From NCBI GenBank assembly GCA_023413895.1, contig JAEZOU010000053.1, forward strand, positions 1,197 to 65,196: a stretch of DNA of 64,000 nt, read 5' to 3'. Positions 36,716 to 46,664 of this stretch are shown one piece after another (positions within the stretch are counted from its first letter, which is position 1; every line of letters begins with the position of its first letter). The notes under the pieces were generated by a model. The model saw only the letters and a list, made by a program, of their open reading frames with translations. It searched no databases and was not told the DNA's origin. This DNA is from Bacteroidota bacterium. GTDB taxonomy: Bacteria > Bacteroidota > Bacteroidia > Bacteroidales > WCHB1-69. A program made the translations under genes and the position numbers.

Positions 36716-38959
36716 CTATTCAACGATAAATTTGTGGATTGATTTACCATTTTCAGTTTGTACTCTCATCATATAGATGCCAGTAGCAAGGTTTGAAATG
36801 TTGGTAGAGTAGGTGTATTCACCATCAATTCTCATTGATTCAGATTGAATAACTCTTCCAGCCATATCAACAATTTGGAAGGTAACTTTTTGTTCTGCAG
36901 GAACAGAGATAGCTACGTTTACATTGTCAGTTGCAGGATTTGGATATACGTTTACATCAGCAAGTTCTAGTTCGTTGATACTAGAGATACCGAAGTAGTG
37001 CAATTTGAAACCAGTTGCTTCTTTCCAGTTGTCAGAAACAAAGATTACTTGGAATTTATTGCCAGGAACGTTGAATGCGCCATCAGGAGCATTGTTGATG
37101 TCAAATCTTTTTACTAAGAAAAGAGAATCTGGATCGTCGCAGTTAACAATATCAACATAGTCACCAGCAGCTAAATCAAATTGGGTGAAAGACATTGCAG
37201 TTCCAGTTAAGAATGTAAAGTTACCTGTCCAGCGGCACCACTTGTTTTGAACGTAAGGAATAGTCATGTCTTCGTCAGAAGCGTTTAATCCTTTATCAGT
37301 GATAACGCCAACGATAGTTGGAAGTTGAGCATTTTGGCTACAAGTAGGAATTCCACTATGATTCAAAGATGCTTCATATTCAAGAACAAAACCATAATCT
37401 GTAACATCGTTGCCGTTAGAGGTGAATTCAACACAGAAAGCATCATCGTTAACGGTGATAGTTCCAGGAAGTGATAAACCTTCGAAGTTTGCATCAGCAT
37501 GTCCTGCACCATCGGTAGCTGCTTTCATTAAGTAGTTACCACTATAAGTTCCAACAAGATTTGCAGCAGATGGAGTTGTGCCTTTGTAGATTTTAATTAC
37601 GTCAGCATCAGCTTCTGTTTTAATTTTTGTGAAGTCAATGTAATATTTAGTAGCATGAGGAGCTTCAACAACCCAAACTCTATTTGAGTTTGGTGCATAT
37701 TTGAAGTAACCAGAACCATCACTGATAGAACCGATAGAAGCGGTAATAGTGTCAATAGAAGTTACAGGTTTGAAAGCAGTAGAATCTGCTGGATCTGGGA
37801 AAATATTTATCAAGATATTTTCGTCAGCGTTGTAACCATCAATATCTCCTAATGGGTAGTAACCATTTTTATATCCATTCCATCCGAAATTTGCATGGAA
37901 ATATACAGTACCATCAACAACGATGTAACCATCAATAATAAATGCGTGACCAGCATCTCCGCTAATAGTACCACTGAAATAGAGAGGAAGATTTCTTTCC
38001 AATTGTGATTTCATTGTATCTGAAAATTCAGCAACTGAAACTTCTGCCTTATTAAAAACTTGTGCACTAGGATTCATTTTCCAATAGGTAGTAAGTGCGT
38101 TGTGTGCTTCTGTTGAGTTAGAACCTGAACCAGCAATACCGTATGACATTTTTACTGATACTCCAGTGTGGTATAATAATTTTGCTAACTCATTAACATA
38201 AGAATTCAAGCTATTAGCTGACATTGCTGAATAGTTGTATGTTGATGTAGCAAAGTTTACGGTTTGACGTGGGTATGAGAATCCGTAGTCTGCATCATAA
38301 GGGATGTATGATAGGCCGCTGTTACCTGTTTCTGGATATCTGTGGTAGAAAAGAAGGTTTGAAAGGTTAACCGCAACACATCCTACCAATGCATGAAAAT
38401 CACGACCAGAAGCATCTACAGCATCAGCATTATTGTTTTTCTTTCCGCTGTAAGGACAATATGCGTTGTAATATTTCTCTTGGCTCCATGTAGTAGTAAC
38501 CAATGGTTGAACGCCTTCAGTGTTTTTTACTTGTGAAGGAACAAAGTTTTTACTGCGGAAGTGGTTCCATGAGTTTTGGTGATTTTTTGCTAAAGAAGGA
38601 TTAGCAATTACTTGTGCAGCTTCTTCTTTGAATTTTAAACCAAAATAGTTTCCCTGAGCATCGTTCTCTGCAACAAATTCATTGCTAAGAGAATATCCCA
38701 AAACGGGTTTCATCAAATCGGTACCAGATACAAGGATAAAACCTTTACCTTGAATGTTAAATTGATAGTAAGCTACATCGCCATTGGCAGTGTAAACGGT
38801 AGATTCCAAAGTGAAATCTGATTCATTGAAGATTCTTCCAGTAGCTTCTCTTAAGAAGTTGCTAGAAACTCGTTGAGCTTCTTGTACTGGGATTACGTTG
38901 GTTGCAAAAGTAAATGTTACAATTGCAACAAACAAAATTGAAAGAATAGATTTTTTCAT
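36716..38959 (-). CDS. Peptidase C10 (streptopain/PrtT-like cysteine protease) with N-terminal Spi-like propeptide, C-terminal extension and T9SS type-A sorting domain
   Basis: Signal peptide. TTWSQEKYYNAYCP, catalytic Cys context LVGCVAVNLSN, catalytic His context GHAFIIDGY. C-terminus VYPNPATDNVNV...GIYMMRVQTENGKSIHKFIVE. Confidence 0.85.
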   Translation of the reverse strand: MKKSILSILFVAIVTFTFATNVIPVQEAQRVSSNFLREATGRIFNESDFTLESTVYTANGDVAYYQFNIQGKGFILVSGTDLMKPVLGYSLSNEFVAENDAQGNYFGLKFKEEAAQVIANPSLAKNHQNSWNHFRSKNFVPSQVKNTEGVQPLVTTTWSQEKYYNAYCPYSGKKNNNADAVDASGRDFHALVGCVAVNLSNLLFYHRYPETGNSGLSYIPYDADYGFSYPRQTVNFATSTYNYSAMSANSLNSYVNELAKLLYHTGVSVKMSYGIAGSGSNSTEAHNALTTYWKMNPSAQVFNKAEVSVAEFSDTMKSQLERNLPLYFSGTISGDAGHAFIIDGYIVVDGTVYFHANFGWNGYKNGYYPLGDIDGYNADENILINIFPDPADSTAFKPVTSIDTITASIGSISDGSGYFKYAPNSNRVWVVEAPHATKYYIDFTKIKTEADADVIKIYKGTTPSAANLVGTYSGNYLMKAATDGAGHADANFEGLSLPGTITVNDDAFCVEFTSNGNDVTDYGFVLEYEASLNHSGIPTCSQNAQLPTIVGVITDKGLNASDEDMTIPYVQNKWCRWTGNFTFLTGTAMSFTQFDLAAGDYVDIVNCDDPDSLFLVKRFDINNAPDGAFNVPGNKFQVIFVSDNWKEATGFKLHYFGISSINELELADVNVYPNPATDNVNVAISVPAEQKVTFQIVDMAGRVIQSESMRIDGEYTYSTNISNLATGIYMMRVQTENGKSIHKFIVE

Positions 38960-38999
38960 ACGATGAATATTTTTTAGTTTTAATTTCTATTAAGGAACG

Positions 39000-39007
39000 C
39001 AAAAATA
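39000..39007 (-). promoter_or_regulatory. Bacteroidota -7 box
   Basis: Minus-strand TATTTTTG upstream of ATG 38959. Confidence 0.55.
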
Positions 39008-39049
39008 TAAAAAAAATCAATAGAAAAGTGAAAAAAATACTTTTTATAA

Positions 39050-39083
39050 AGTATTGAAAATAAGAATTCTACAATAGAATTCC
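39050..39083 (-). terminator. Hairpin terminator after rlmH
   Basis: gaattct-acaat-agaattc 7-bp stem (39064-39082), with TTATTTTC following on the minus strand. Confidence 0.5.
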
Positions 39084-39142
39084 TAATTAGAAATTTCCAA
39101 GTGCCTTGTTTATGGGTTTCTTTTGTGCTATTTTTAGGTGAA

Positions 39143-39616
39143 TTAGATGTGATGGTAGGGTTCATTTTTTAGAATTGTAAAGGCTCGATATAGTTGTTCC
39201 ACAAAAATGAGCCGGGCTAAAAGGTGCGGAAAAGTCATTTTGGAAAGAGAGATTTTTCGTTGCGCTCTTGCGAAAACATCTTGTGAAAATCCATACGCTC
39301 CACCAATAACAAAAATAAGCGTCTTAATTCCAGAGTTGAGTTGCTGTTGGATAAGTTCTGAAAATCCGATTGAGGTAAATTCTTTACCATATTCGTCCAT
39401 CAGAATTACATAATCGTTTGTTTCGATTTTTTTCAAGATTAGTTCACCCTCTTTTTTTTTCTGCTCTTCAATTGATAATGATTTTGTATTTTTGAGATAA
39501 GGAATAGCAACCAACTCAAACGATGTGTAAAATTTTAGTTTTTCTTGATATTGTTGGATAGCTTCTTGGAGGTTTTCAGAATTCTCCTTTCCTATATATA
39601 AAAGCTTGATTTTCAT
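39143..39616 (-). CDS. rlmH: 23S rRNA (pseudouridine1915-N3)-methyltransferase RlmH
   Basis: 157 aa SPOUT protein with FVIGGAYG and the LSKMTFPH...L.EQLYRA C-terminal knot motif. Confidence 0.93.
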   Translation of the reverse strand: MKIKLLYIGKENSENLQEAIQQYQEKLKFYTSFELVAIPYLKNTKSLSIEEQKKKEGELILKKIETNDYVILMDEYGKEFTSIGFSELIQQQLNSGIKTLIFVIGGAYGFSQDVFARAQRKISLSKMTFPHLLARLIFVEQLYRAFTILKNEPYHHI

Positions 39617-39625
39617 AATTTTATT

Positions 39626-41734
39626 TTAACTTATTTTACCCCAAATATTATTTGTTTTCAGTAAAGTTGAAAGATAATTTTTTATTCTTGTGTGTTCGGG
39701 AAGTTGCAATTCGGGATCTTGTTTCAATAGATTGATAGCTAAGTTTCGAGTGAAAACTACCAATTTTTCATCTTTGGAAATGTCTGCCATTTTAAAATCT
39801 AATGTTCCACTTTGTTGTGTGCCTTGCAGGTCGCCAGGGCCACGAAGATTGAGGTCAACGTTGGCAATCTCAAAACCATCATTGGAGTTTACCATTGCGT
39901 TGAGACGAAGTTTTCCTTCACTACTCAATTTGTTGTTGGACATTAGTACGCAATACGATTGTTCACCCCCTCTGCCGACGCGTCCTCTTAGTTGATGTAG
40001 TTGTGAAAGCCCAAAACGTTCAGCATTTTCAATTACCATCATTGTGGCGTTGGGAACATCAATACCTACTTCAATTACGGTTGTAGAAAGCATAATCTGA
40101 GTTTTGTTTTCTACAAAACGCTTCATTTCAAGCTCCTTCTCTTCAGGTTTCATTTTGCCATGAACCAAACTAATAGCATAGTAGGGAAGAGGGAATTGGG
40201 TGGACATCAGGTCGTAGCCAGCCATGAGGTCGAAAAGGTCCATCTTTTCCGATTCTTGAATGAGTGGATAAACTACAAAAACTTGTCTTCCCTCACGAAT
40301 TTGTTCCTGCATCATGCCAAACAACCGCAATCTATCTTTTTCATAAAAGTGCATCGTAACGATTGGCTTTCTGCCTTTGGGAAGTTCATCAATGACCGAG
40401 AGATCTAGATCACCATATAATGTCATTGCCAAGGTGCGAGGTATTGGCGTGGCAGTCATCACAAGAATGTGTGGAGGAATCTGATTTTTACGCCAAAGTT
40501 TGGCTCGTTGCTCAACACCAAATCGGTGTTGTTCGTCAATAATGGCTAATCCTAAATTCTTAAATTGAACGACTTCTTCAATCAATGCATGGGTACCAAC
40601 CAAAATGTCGATTTCTCCATTTTTTAACCTCTCTAAAATTATTTTTCGGTCTTTTTGTTTGGTGGACCCTGAAAGAAAATCCACCTTTATATTCATCTCT
40701 TTTAACATTTTTGAGATGGTGGCAAAGTGCTGTGCAGCCAAAATCTCGGTCGGTGCCATCAAACAAGATTGAAAACCATTGTCCTTGGCTATAAGCATAA
40801 TAAGAAGAGCTGTAATGGTTTTTCCACTGCCCACATCACCTTGTAGCAGACGATTCATCTGCCGACCACTTCCCATATCCGCCCGAATCTCTTTGATAAC
40901 TCGTTTCTGGGCATTGGTTAATTCGTAAGGTAAATAATTTTTGTAATATGTGTTGAAAGTTTCTCCTACAATGGAGAAACGATGACCTGATATTTTAGTG
41001 TCATTAATATGCTTGATTTTTAGTAATTTGAGTTGTGTAAAGAAGAGTTCGTCAAATTTAAGACGCAGCATTGCTTTAGAAAGTTTATCGATATTTTCGG
41101 GATAATGAATGTTGATGAGTGTTTCTTTTAGGGATAGAAGTTTGAATTGTTCTAACATCTGTTTGGGTAAGCGTTCTACAATTACCTCTTTAATCTGATT
41201 GAGCAGTGTAATTACTAATTTAGATAATGAACGGGAATCCAATCCATTTTTTTTTGCTCTCTCAGAGGTGTTGTATAGAGGTTGGAATGCAAGAGAAACT
41301 GGCGAGTTTTTTTGACTACCTGGCTCAATCATTTCAGGGTGAGAAATACTCCATTTGTGGTTAAATAGAGTGGGCTTTCCAAAAATGATGAACTCTCGTT
41401 TTTCTTTGAGTAGATTTTCAATCCATTTTATAGAGTTGAACCACACCAATTCCATAGTTCCGCTGTCATCGGTAAATTGCGCAATTAATCTTTTTGCGCG
41501 CTGTTCGCCCACAATTTCGTAGCGTGTAACCTTACCTTTAAATTGCAAATAAGCGCCCTCGCTGTGCAATTCATTAATTCTGTATATTTTACTTTTATCG
41601 ATGTGTCGATAGGGATAGTAATTTAGTAAATCCCTGTAAGTAAATATGTTAAATTCTTTGTTGAAAACGTCGGCTTTCTTAGGACCTACGCCTTTGAGAA
41701 ATTCAATGGGTGTTTCTAATAAGTCAACTTGCAT
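39626..41734 (-). CDS. recG: ATP-dependent DNA helicase RecG
   Basis: Wedge domain, GDVGSGKT, DEQHRFGV, and the TATPIPRT motif. ATG 41734 (MQVDLLETPIEFLKGVG). Confidence 0.95.
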   Translation of the reverse strand: MQVDLLETPIEFLKGVGPKKADVFNKEFNIFTYRDLLNYYPYRHIDKSKIYRINELHSEGAYLQFKGKVTRYEIVGEQRAKRLIAQFTDDSGTMELVWFNSIKWIENLLKEKREFIIFGKPTLFNHKWSISHPEMIEPGSQKNSPVSLAFQPLYNTSERAKKNGLDSRSLSKLVITLLNQIKEVIVERLPKQMLEQFKLLSLKETLINIHYPENIDKLSKAMLRLKFDELFFTQLKLLKIKHINDTKISGHRFSIVGETFNTYYKNYLPYELTNAQKRVIKEIRADMGSGRQMNRLLQGDVGSGKTITALLIMLIAKDNGFQSCLMAPTEILAAQHFATISKMLKEMNIKVDFLSGSTKQKDRKIILERLKNGEIDILVGTHALIEEVVQFKNLGLAIIDEQHRFGVEQRAKLWRKNQIPPHILVMTATPIPRTLAMTLYGDLDLSVIDELPKGRKPIVTMHFYEKDRLRLFGMMQEQIREGRQVFVVYPLIQESEKMDLFDLMAGYDLMSTQFPLPYYAISLVHGKMKPEEKELEMKRFVENKTQIMLSTTVIEVGIDVPNATMMVIENAERFGLSQLHQLRGRVGRGGEQSYCVLMSNNKLSSEGKLRLNAMVNSNDGFEIANVDLNLRGPGDLQGTQQSGTLDFKMADISKDEKLVVFTRNLAINLLKQDPELQLPEHTRIKNYLSTLLKTNNIWGKIS

Positions 41735-41753
41735 TTTCTGAAAAATAAGAATG

Positions 41754-41761
41754 CAAATGTA
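41754..41761 (-). promoter_or_regulatory. Bacteroidota -7 box
   Basis: Minus-strand TACATTTG, 19 nt upstream of recG ATG. Confidence 0.55.
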
Positions 41762-41785
41762 CGTGTTTTTTTCAAGATATTTCAA

Positions 41786-41793
41786 TATTTTTG
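41786..41793 (+). promoter_or_regulatory. Bacteroidota -7 box
   Basis: TATTTTTG, 15 nt upstream of ATG 41809. The track start TTG 41791 lies inside the box. Confidence 0.6.
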
Positions 41794-41808
41794 CAAAAAA
41801 AAGGAAAT

Positions 41809-42747
41809 ATGAAAATTATAGCAGTAGAGCCGATAGGAATTACGTCCGAAAGAGCACAAGAAATGAAAGAAATCTTTAAATCACAAAATGTTGATTTTGA
41901 GGTTTATAATGATAGACAAGAAAATCCTGAAGTATTAGTAGAGAGAATGTGCGATGCCGATGCCGTTATTGTATCCAATATACCTATTCGGAAAGAAATC
42001 ATGGAAAAATGTCCTAAACTGAAGATGTTAATGGTAGCTTTTACAGGTTTGGATCATATCGATTTGGAGTATTGCAGCCAGCATAATATCGTGGTGCGTA
42101 ATGCGGCAGGGTATGCTACAACTGCAGTTGCGGAGTTAGCTGTTGGTATGATGTTAGATTGCTATAGGCATTTGACTGCGTTGGATGCGCAAATTCGCAA
42201 AGGAGGAACTCGAAATAATTTCTTGGGCAGACAACTGAAAGGGAAAGTGGTTGGTATTGTGGGAACAGGAGCTATCGGAATGGAAACTGCTCGTTTGTTG
42301 TTGGCGTTTGGCTGTAAAGTAGTTGCTTGGAGTAGGACTGAACGTAAAGAACTGACAGACATCGGGGTGCGCTATCTTACGTTAGAAGCATTGATGTCTC
42401 AGTCTGATATCATCTCTCTTCATTTGCCGCTTACCCCGCAAACACATCATATCATAACTCGTGAGTTGTTGACGTTGTGCAAACCGAGTGCACTGATCGT
42501 GAATACGGCACGGGGAAATGTGGTGGATATTGATGCTGTAGCAGAGATGTTATTGGAAGGTAAAATTGCTGGCGCTGCTTTTGATGTATTTGAAAAAGAG
42601 CCCCCATTAGCAGAAAATCATCCGCTGTTGGGAGCTCCTAATTGTTTGGTTATCCCTCACGTTGGGTATGCAACTCGTGAGGCTTTCGATATCAGAATTG
42701 ATATATGTATCGAAACTTTACTTAATGAGATTGCTTCTCTTAAGTAA
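41809..42747 (+). CDS. D-isomer-specific 2-hydroxyacid dehydrogenase family protein
   Basis: GIVGTGAIG NAD motif, NTARG, and the catalytic His context PHVGYAT. Confidence 0.85.
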   Translation: MKIIAVEPIGITSERAQEMKEIFKSQNVDFEVYNDRQENPEVLVERMCDADAVIVSNIPIRKEIMEKCPKLKMLMVAFTGLDHIDLEYCSQHNIVVRNAAGYATTAVAELAVGMMLDCYRHLTALDAQIRKGGTRNNFLGRQLKGKVVGIVGTGAIGMETARLLLAFGCKVVAWSRTERKELTDIGVRYLTLEALMSQSDIISLHLPLTPQTHHIITRELLTLCKPSALIVNTARGNVVDIDAVAEMLLEGKIAGAAFDVFEKEPPLAENHPLLGAPNCLVIPHVGYATREAFDIRIDICIETLLNEIASLK

Positions 42748-44859
42748 TGCTTTTACAGAGGGTTCTCGGCCTCTGAATTTAGCATATAGTTTCATTGCAT
42801 CTTCAGAACCTCCTTTAGATAAAATGTTATCAACGTATGAGTTTGCTACTTTTGGGTTGAAAATACCTTGTTCTTGGAAGAGTTCAAAAGCATCTGCTTC
42901 AATCACTTCTGACCATTTGTAACTATAATATCCAGCAGCATATCCGCCAGCAAAAATATGGCTAAATGCTTTGCTCATACAAGTTCCTTCCAAAACCGGA
43001 AGTAGTTGAAGATCTGAAGTTTTATCGTGTTCAAATTTAATCACATCTTTAATTTCAGCAGCAGGTGTTGTGTGATAGCGCATATCTAAGTATCCATAGG
43101 TCAACTGACGGCAAAAGTAGTATCCCGACATAAAGTTTTCAGCTTCTTTTACTTTTGTAATTAGTTCTTGTGGAATCACTTTTTTAGTCTTGTAGTGGAA
43201 GGCAAATTCTTTCAAGAATTCTTGTTCAGAAGCCCAATTTTCCATAATTTGAGATGGAAATTCTACAAAATCGCGAGGAACATTGGTGCCAGATAGGGAT
43301 TCATATTTTACATCAGAAAGTAATCCGTGTAACCCGTGACCAAATTCATGTAAGAAAGTTTGTACTTCATCGTATGTTAGAAGTGATGGTTTTCCTTTAG
43401 TAGAAGGAGAAAAGTTCATTACCAATGAAACTTGCGGACAAACATATTTGTTGTCAGCATCGTAATATTGTTCACGGAAACTAGTCATCCAAGCACCGCT
43501 GCGTTTGCTTTCTCTGGGATGAAAATCCATATATAAAATACCTGTAAGTTTCTTGTTTCTATATACTTCATATACCTTAACATCTGGGTGATATGTAGGA
43601 ATTTTTTTGTTAGGAACATATTTTAAGTTGAACAAAGAAGAAGAGAGTTCAAAAATACCATCGATTACATTTTCTAAAACAAAGTAGGGTTGTAATTGCT
43701 CGTCGCTGATGTTGTAAAGGTGGTTTTTGTATTTTTCTGCGTAGAAAGTTATGTCCCAACCTTGCAATTGTTTCTCTTTAAAACCCTCTTTTTGTGCAAA
43801 TTTTGTAAGTTCTGCAATCTCCTCCTTACCTTTTGCTAATGCTGCGCTCTTCATTTCGTCTAACATGCCAAATACATTCTTGCTGTTTTTTGCCATTCTG
43901 TCTTGAAGCGCATATTCTGCGTAGTTTTCAAAGCCAAGAAGTTGTGCAATCATTTCGCGAGATTTCAAAATATTATGAATTATCTCTTCATTGTCGAATT
44001 GTTTAGATCCTCTTTGATTGTAAGCAATGTAAAATTCTTTTCGTAGTTCTCGGTCTTCAGCATATTTCATAATTGCCAAATAACTTGGAGTAGATAGGTC
44101 AAATAGATAGCCTTTCATCTCTTTCTCTTGGGCGCGGTTTTTGGCAATTTGAAGTAAATCATCAGGAATGCCTTTTAATTGATTTTTGTCTGTGATGTTT
44201 TTACTAAAACTATTTGTAGATTCCAATACATTTTTGCTGAATTTGAGATTTAAGAGAGATAATTCTTCTGTTAATTGTGCATATTGTTTCTTCTTTTCAT
44301 GAGAAAGTTTAGCTCCGTTGTTGACAAAACTTTTATAGGTGTCTTCTATCAATTTTTTATCTTCTGTACCTAATGCATCATTTTTTGCTCGATAAACCAT
44401 CTCTACTCTTTTAAAGAGTTTTTCGTTGTGGTATAGTGAATTGCTGAAATGAGAAAGAATAGGACTAATCTCTTCTGCCATTTTTTGCAAATTAGGATTT
44501 GTGTTGCAGGAAAGCATATTAAAAAAAATGCCTTCTATCCGTTTGAGAACAATACCGCTTCGTTCCAAAGCAACAATAGTGTTTTGAAAATTAGGTTTTT
44601 CCATTGAATTGGTAATACTTTCGATCTCTTTTTCTGCTAAAGCGATAGCCGTCTTTATGGCTGGCAAGTAATGCTCCTCTTTAATCTGGTCAAAAGGTGG
44701 CGTTTGATATGGGGTATTCCATGGTTGTTGAAGTAACGGATTGTTTTTTGTCTCCTCCATAATTCTTTGTGGTGATAATTGTTTTTTTGCTTGAAGATTT
44801 TGTGCTTGCACAGTAATGCTAACTGCCAAAATTATAAATGCAAGAACTGTTTTTTTCAT
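42718..44859 (-). CDS. dcp: M3 family metallopeptidase (peptidyl-dipeptidase Dcp type), secreted
   Basis: HEFGHGLHGL zinc motif, 713 aa, signal peptide. Confidence 0.88.
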   Translation of the reverse strand: MKKTVLAFIILAVSITVQAQNLQAKKQLSPQRIMEETKNNPLLQQPWNTPYQTPPFDQIKEEHYLPAIKTAIALAEKEIESITNSMEKPNFQNTIVALERSGIVLKRIEGIFFNMLSCNTNPNLQKMAEEISPILSHFSNSLYHNEKLFKRVEMVYRAKNDALGTEDKKLIEDTYKSFVNNGAKLSHEKKKQYAQLTEELSLLNLKFSKNVLESTNSFSKNITDKNQLKGIPDDLLQIAKNRAQEKEMKGYLFDLSTPSYLAIMKYAEDRELRKEFYIAYNQRGSKQFDNEEIIHNILKSREMIAQLLGFENYAEYALQDRMAKNSKNVFGMLDEMKSAALAKGKEEIAELTKFAQKEGFKEKQLQGWDITFYAEKYKNHLYNISDEQLQPYFVLENVIDGIFELSSSLFNLKYVPNKKIPTYHPDVKVYEVYRNKKLTGILYMDFHPRESKRSGAWMTSFREQYYDADNKYVCPQVSLVMNFSPSTKGKPSLLTYDEVQTFLHEFGHGLHGLLSDVKYESLSGTNVPRDFVEFPSQIMENWASEQEFLKEFAFHYKTKKVIPQELITKVKEAENFMSGYYFCRQLTYGYLDMRYHTTPAAEIKDVIKFEHDKTSDLQLLPVLEGTCMSKAFSHIFAGGYAAGYYSYKWSEVIEADAFELFQEQGIFNPKVANSYVDNILSKGGSEDAMKLYAKFRGREPSVKALLKRSNLIK

Positions 44860-44862
44860 AAT

Positions 44863-45363
44863 TTATTCTGGTTTAATAATTGAAACAATACTATGTACTA
44901 TAATGGCTTCCTCTTGACCTACTGCATCCAATTTTTCGTTGGTTTTGGCTTTAATGGAAATTCTTTCCGGTTTTAAGTTAAGAATTAAGGAAAGATTTTG
45001 AATCATAGGTTCGATGTAAGGAGCCATTTTAGGTTTTTCTGCAATGATGGTAATATCAATATTATTGATTTTCCATCTATTGTTGGTAACCATTTCGACA
45101 ACTTCTCGAGTAAGGATTTGGCTATCAATGTTTTTATATTTCGGGTCGGTATCTGGGAAATGAGTTCCAATATCTCGTAGAGCGGCAGCTCCTAAAAGTG
45201 CATCACACAATGAATGCAAAAGCACATCTCCGTCGGAGTGTGCCACGCATCTTTTATAATGAGGAATTTCAATTCCTGCTAATACAAAAGGTTTGGAATC
45301 ATTATCATCCTTCTTAATCAGTCGATGAGAATCATAACCTAAACCTACACGAAAATCTATCAT
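44863..45363 (-). CDS. ispF: 2-C-methyl-D-erythritol 2,4-cyclodiphosphate synthase
   Basis: GLGYDSHRL, HSDGDVLLHSLCDALLGA, GTHFPDTDPKYK motifs. Confidence 0.95.
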   Translation of the reverse strand: MIDFRVGLGYDSHRLIKKDDNDSKPFVLAGIEIPHYKRCVAHSDGDVLLHSLCDALLGAAALRDIGTHFPDTDPKYKNIDSQILTREVVEMVTNNRWKINNIDITIIAEKPKMAPYIEPMIQNLSLILNLKPERISIKAKTNEKLDAVGQEEAIIVHSIVSIIKPE

Positions 45364-46607
45364 TATCTCAGTTTACCTTGCCTTTTAATAGCTTCTGAAT
45401 TGAAAGATTCGAAATCAAATGTTATAGAAAAACGCAAAGTGTTTTCCATTGGGTGACGTTGTGTGAATGGGAAAAGATAGCAAACATCAATAGCGAAGAT
45501 GTTATATTTTACACCAGCACCCACTTGGATAAATTTACGATTACCTTTGTATGCGTTTTCAAGAAAAACACCCGTGCGAACAAAGAAAAGGTCACGGTAA
45601 GAATATTCCAAACCAATAGAACCTGAAATTTCGCGCATCTCTTCTACAAATCCGCCTGGAGCATCGTAGAATGAACGAAGAATACCGCGGAAAACGCTGA
45701 TGTCGTCAAGGTCAATGCCATTTCCGTAATATACATAATTGCCCGCTTCATCATAAATAGGTGTTCCTAATGAATCTTTGAGAACAACTGGCGGTGTAGG
45801 AACTAAAAGTTTTCCTAATTCTCCAGCAACCGTTAACTTGTTATAGCCATCAAAATCCATAGTGTAGGATAATCCTAATTTAAGATTGGTAGGCAAGAAG
45901 TTACGAGTCATAGAACCATCAGAATAGGAAACTTTATTTCCAACATTGGTTAATGCTAAGCCAAAGCGCAAAGTGGTGTTTTCTAACCCACGTACTCTGA
46001 AGTTGTCTTGATAGAATAAAGAAAGGTCAGCAGCACCTGCTAAACCAGGTTTCATATTAGAGCCACCCACTTCAATGTCGTTAGCTAAGTTGGAATAAAT
46101 AAATCTTCCTGTTAATGCCATCGCAAAGTTTTTTGTAAGTTTGCGGTTGTATGTGAAGTCTAATGCAAATTCGTTGGGCTTTCTGTTGGCAATGGGTTGT
46201 CCGTAATAATCGGTAAGCTGAATGTCTCCTAATGAGAAGTAACGGAGTGAGAATGCCAATGCGTCCATTTCTGTAAGTTTCCAATATGCCGCTAAATAAG
46301 CAAGGTTGATGTCGGAAACCAATCCTTTTAACCAAGGACTATAAGAAATAGAGAATCCAAAAATATTGTTGCTGAAAACATATTTGGAAGGGTTGTGTGC
46401 TTGACTATTGGCATTTACAGGAGTTGCAACTCCTTGGTCTCCCAAGCCACCTGAGTATGAATCTGGTGCAATTTGCAAGAATGGAACTGCTGTGGTTATG
46501 GTATTTAGGTATGGATTAGTAGGATTATTTTCGTCAAAAGTTTGTGCAAAAGTGTATGTCGTTAAGCAAAAACCGATAATAAATAATGTAAGTGTTTTTC
46601 TAATCAT
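45363..46607 (-). CDS. porV: T9SS outer-membrane shuttle protein PorV (LptO)
   Basis: TAVPFLQIAPDSYSGGLGDQGVATP... motif, beta-barrel pattern, location directly downstream of porU. Confidence 0.9.
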   Translation of the reverse strand: MIRKTLTLFIIGFCLTTYTFAQTFDENNPTNPYLNTITTAVPFLQIAPDSYSGGLGDQGVATPVNANSQAHNPSKYVFSNNIFGFSISYSPWLKGLVSDINLAYLAAYWKLTEMDALAFSLRYFSLGDIQLTDYYGQPIANRKPNEFALDFTYNRKLTKNFAMALTGRFIYSNLANDIEVGGSNMKPGLAGAADLSLFYQDNFRVRGLENTTLRFGLALTNVGNKVSYSDGSMTRNFLPTNLKLGLSYTMDFDGYNKLTVAGELGKLLVPTPPVVLKDSLGTPIYDEAGNYVYYGNGIDLDDISVFRGILRSFYDAPGGFVEEMREISGSIGLEYSYRDLFFVRTGVFLENAYKGNRKFIQVGAGVKYNIFAIDVCYLFPFTQRHPMENTLRFSITFDFESFNSEAIKRQGKLR

Positions 46608-46664
46608 TTTTTTTTAGTTTTATTGAAAATATGGAGTTGTTAACGTACAAATTGCTATATTATT

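Noticed and set aside
38980-39165. 61-aa ORF between the C10 peptidase gene and rlmH
   Set aside because: It covers the promoter box and the rlmH terminator hairpin and overlaps the rlmH 3' end. It has AT-rich low-complexity translation.
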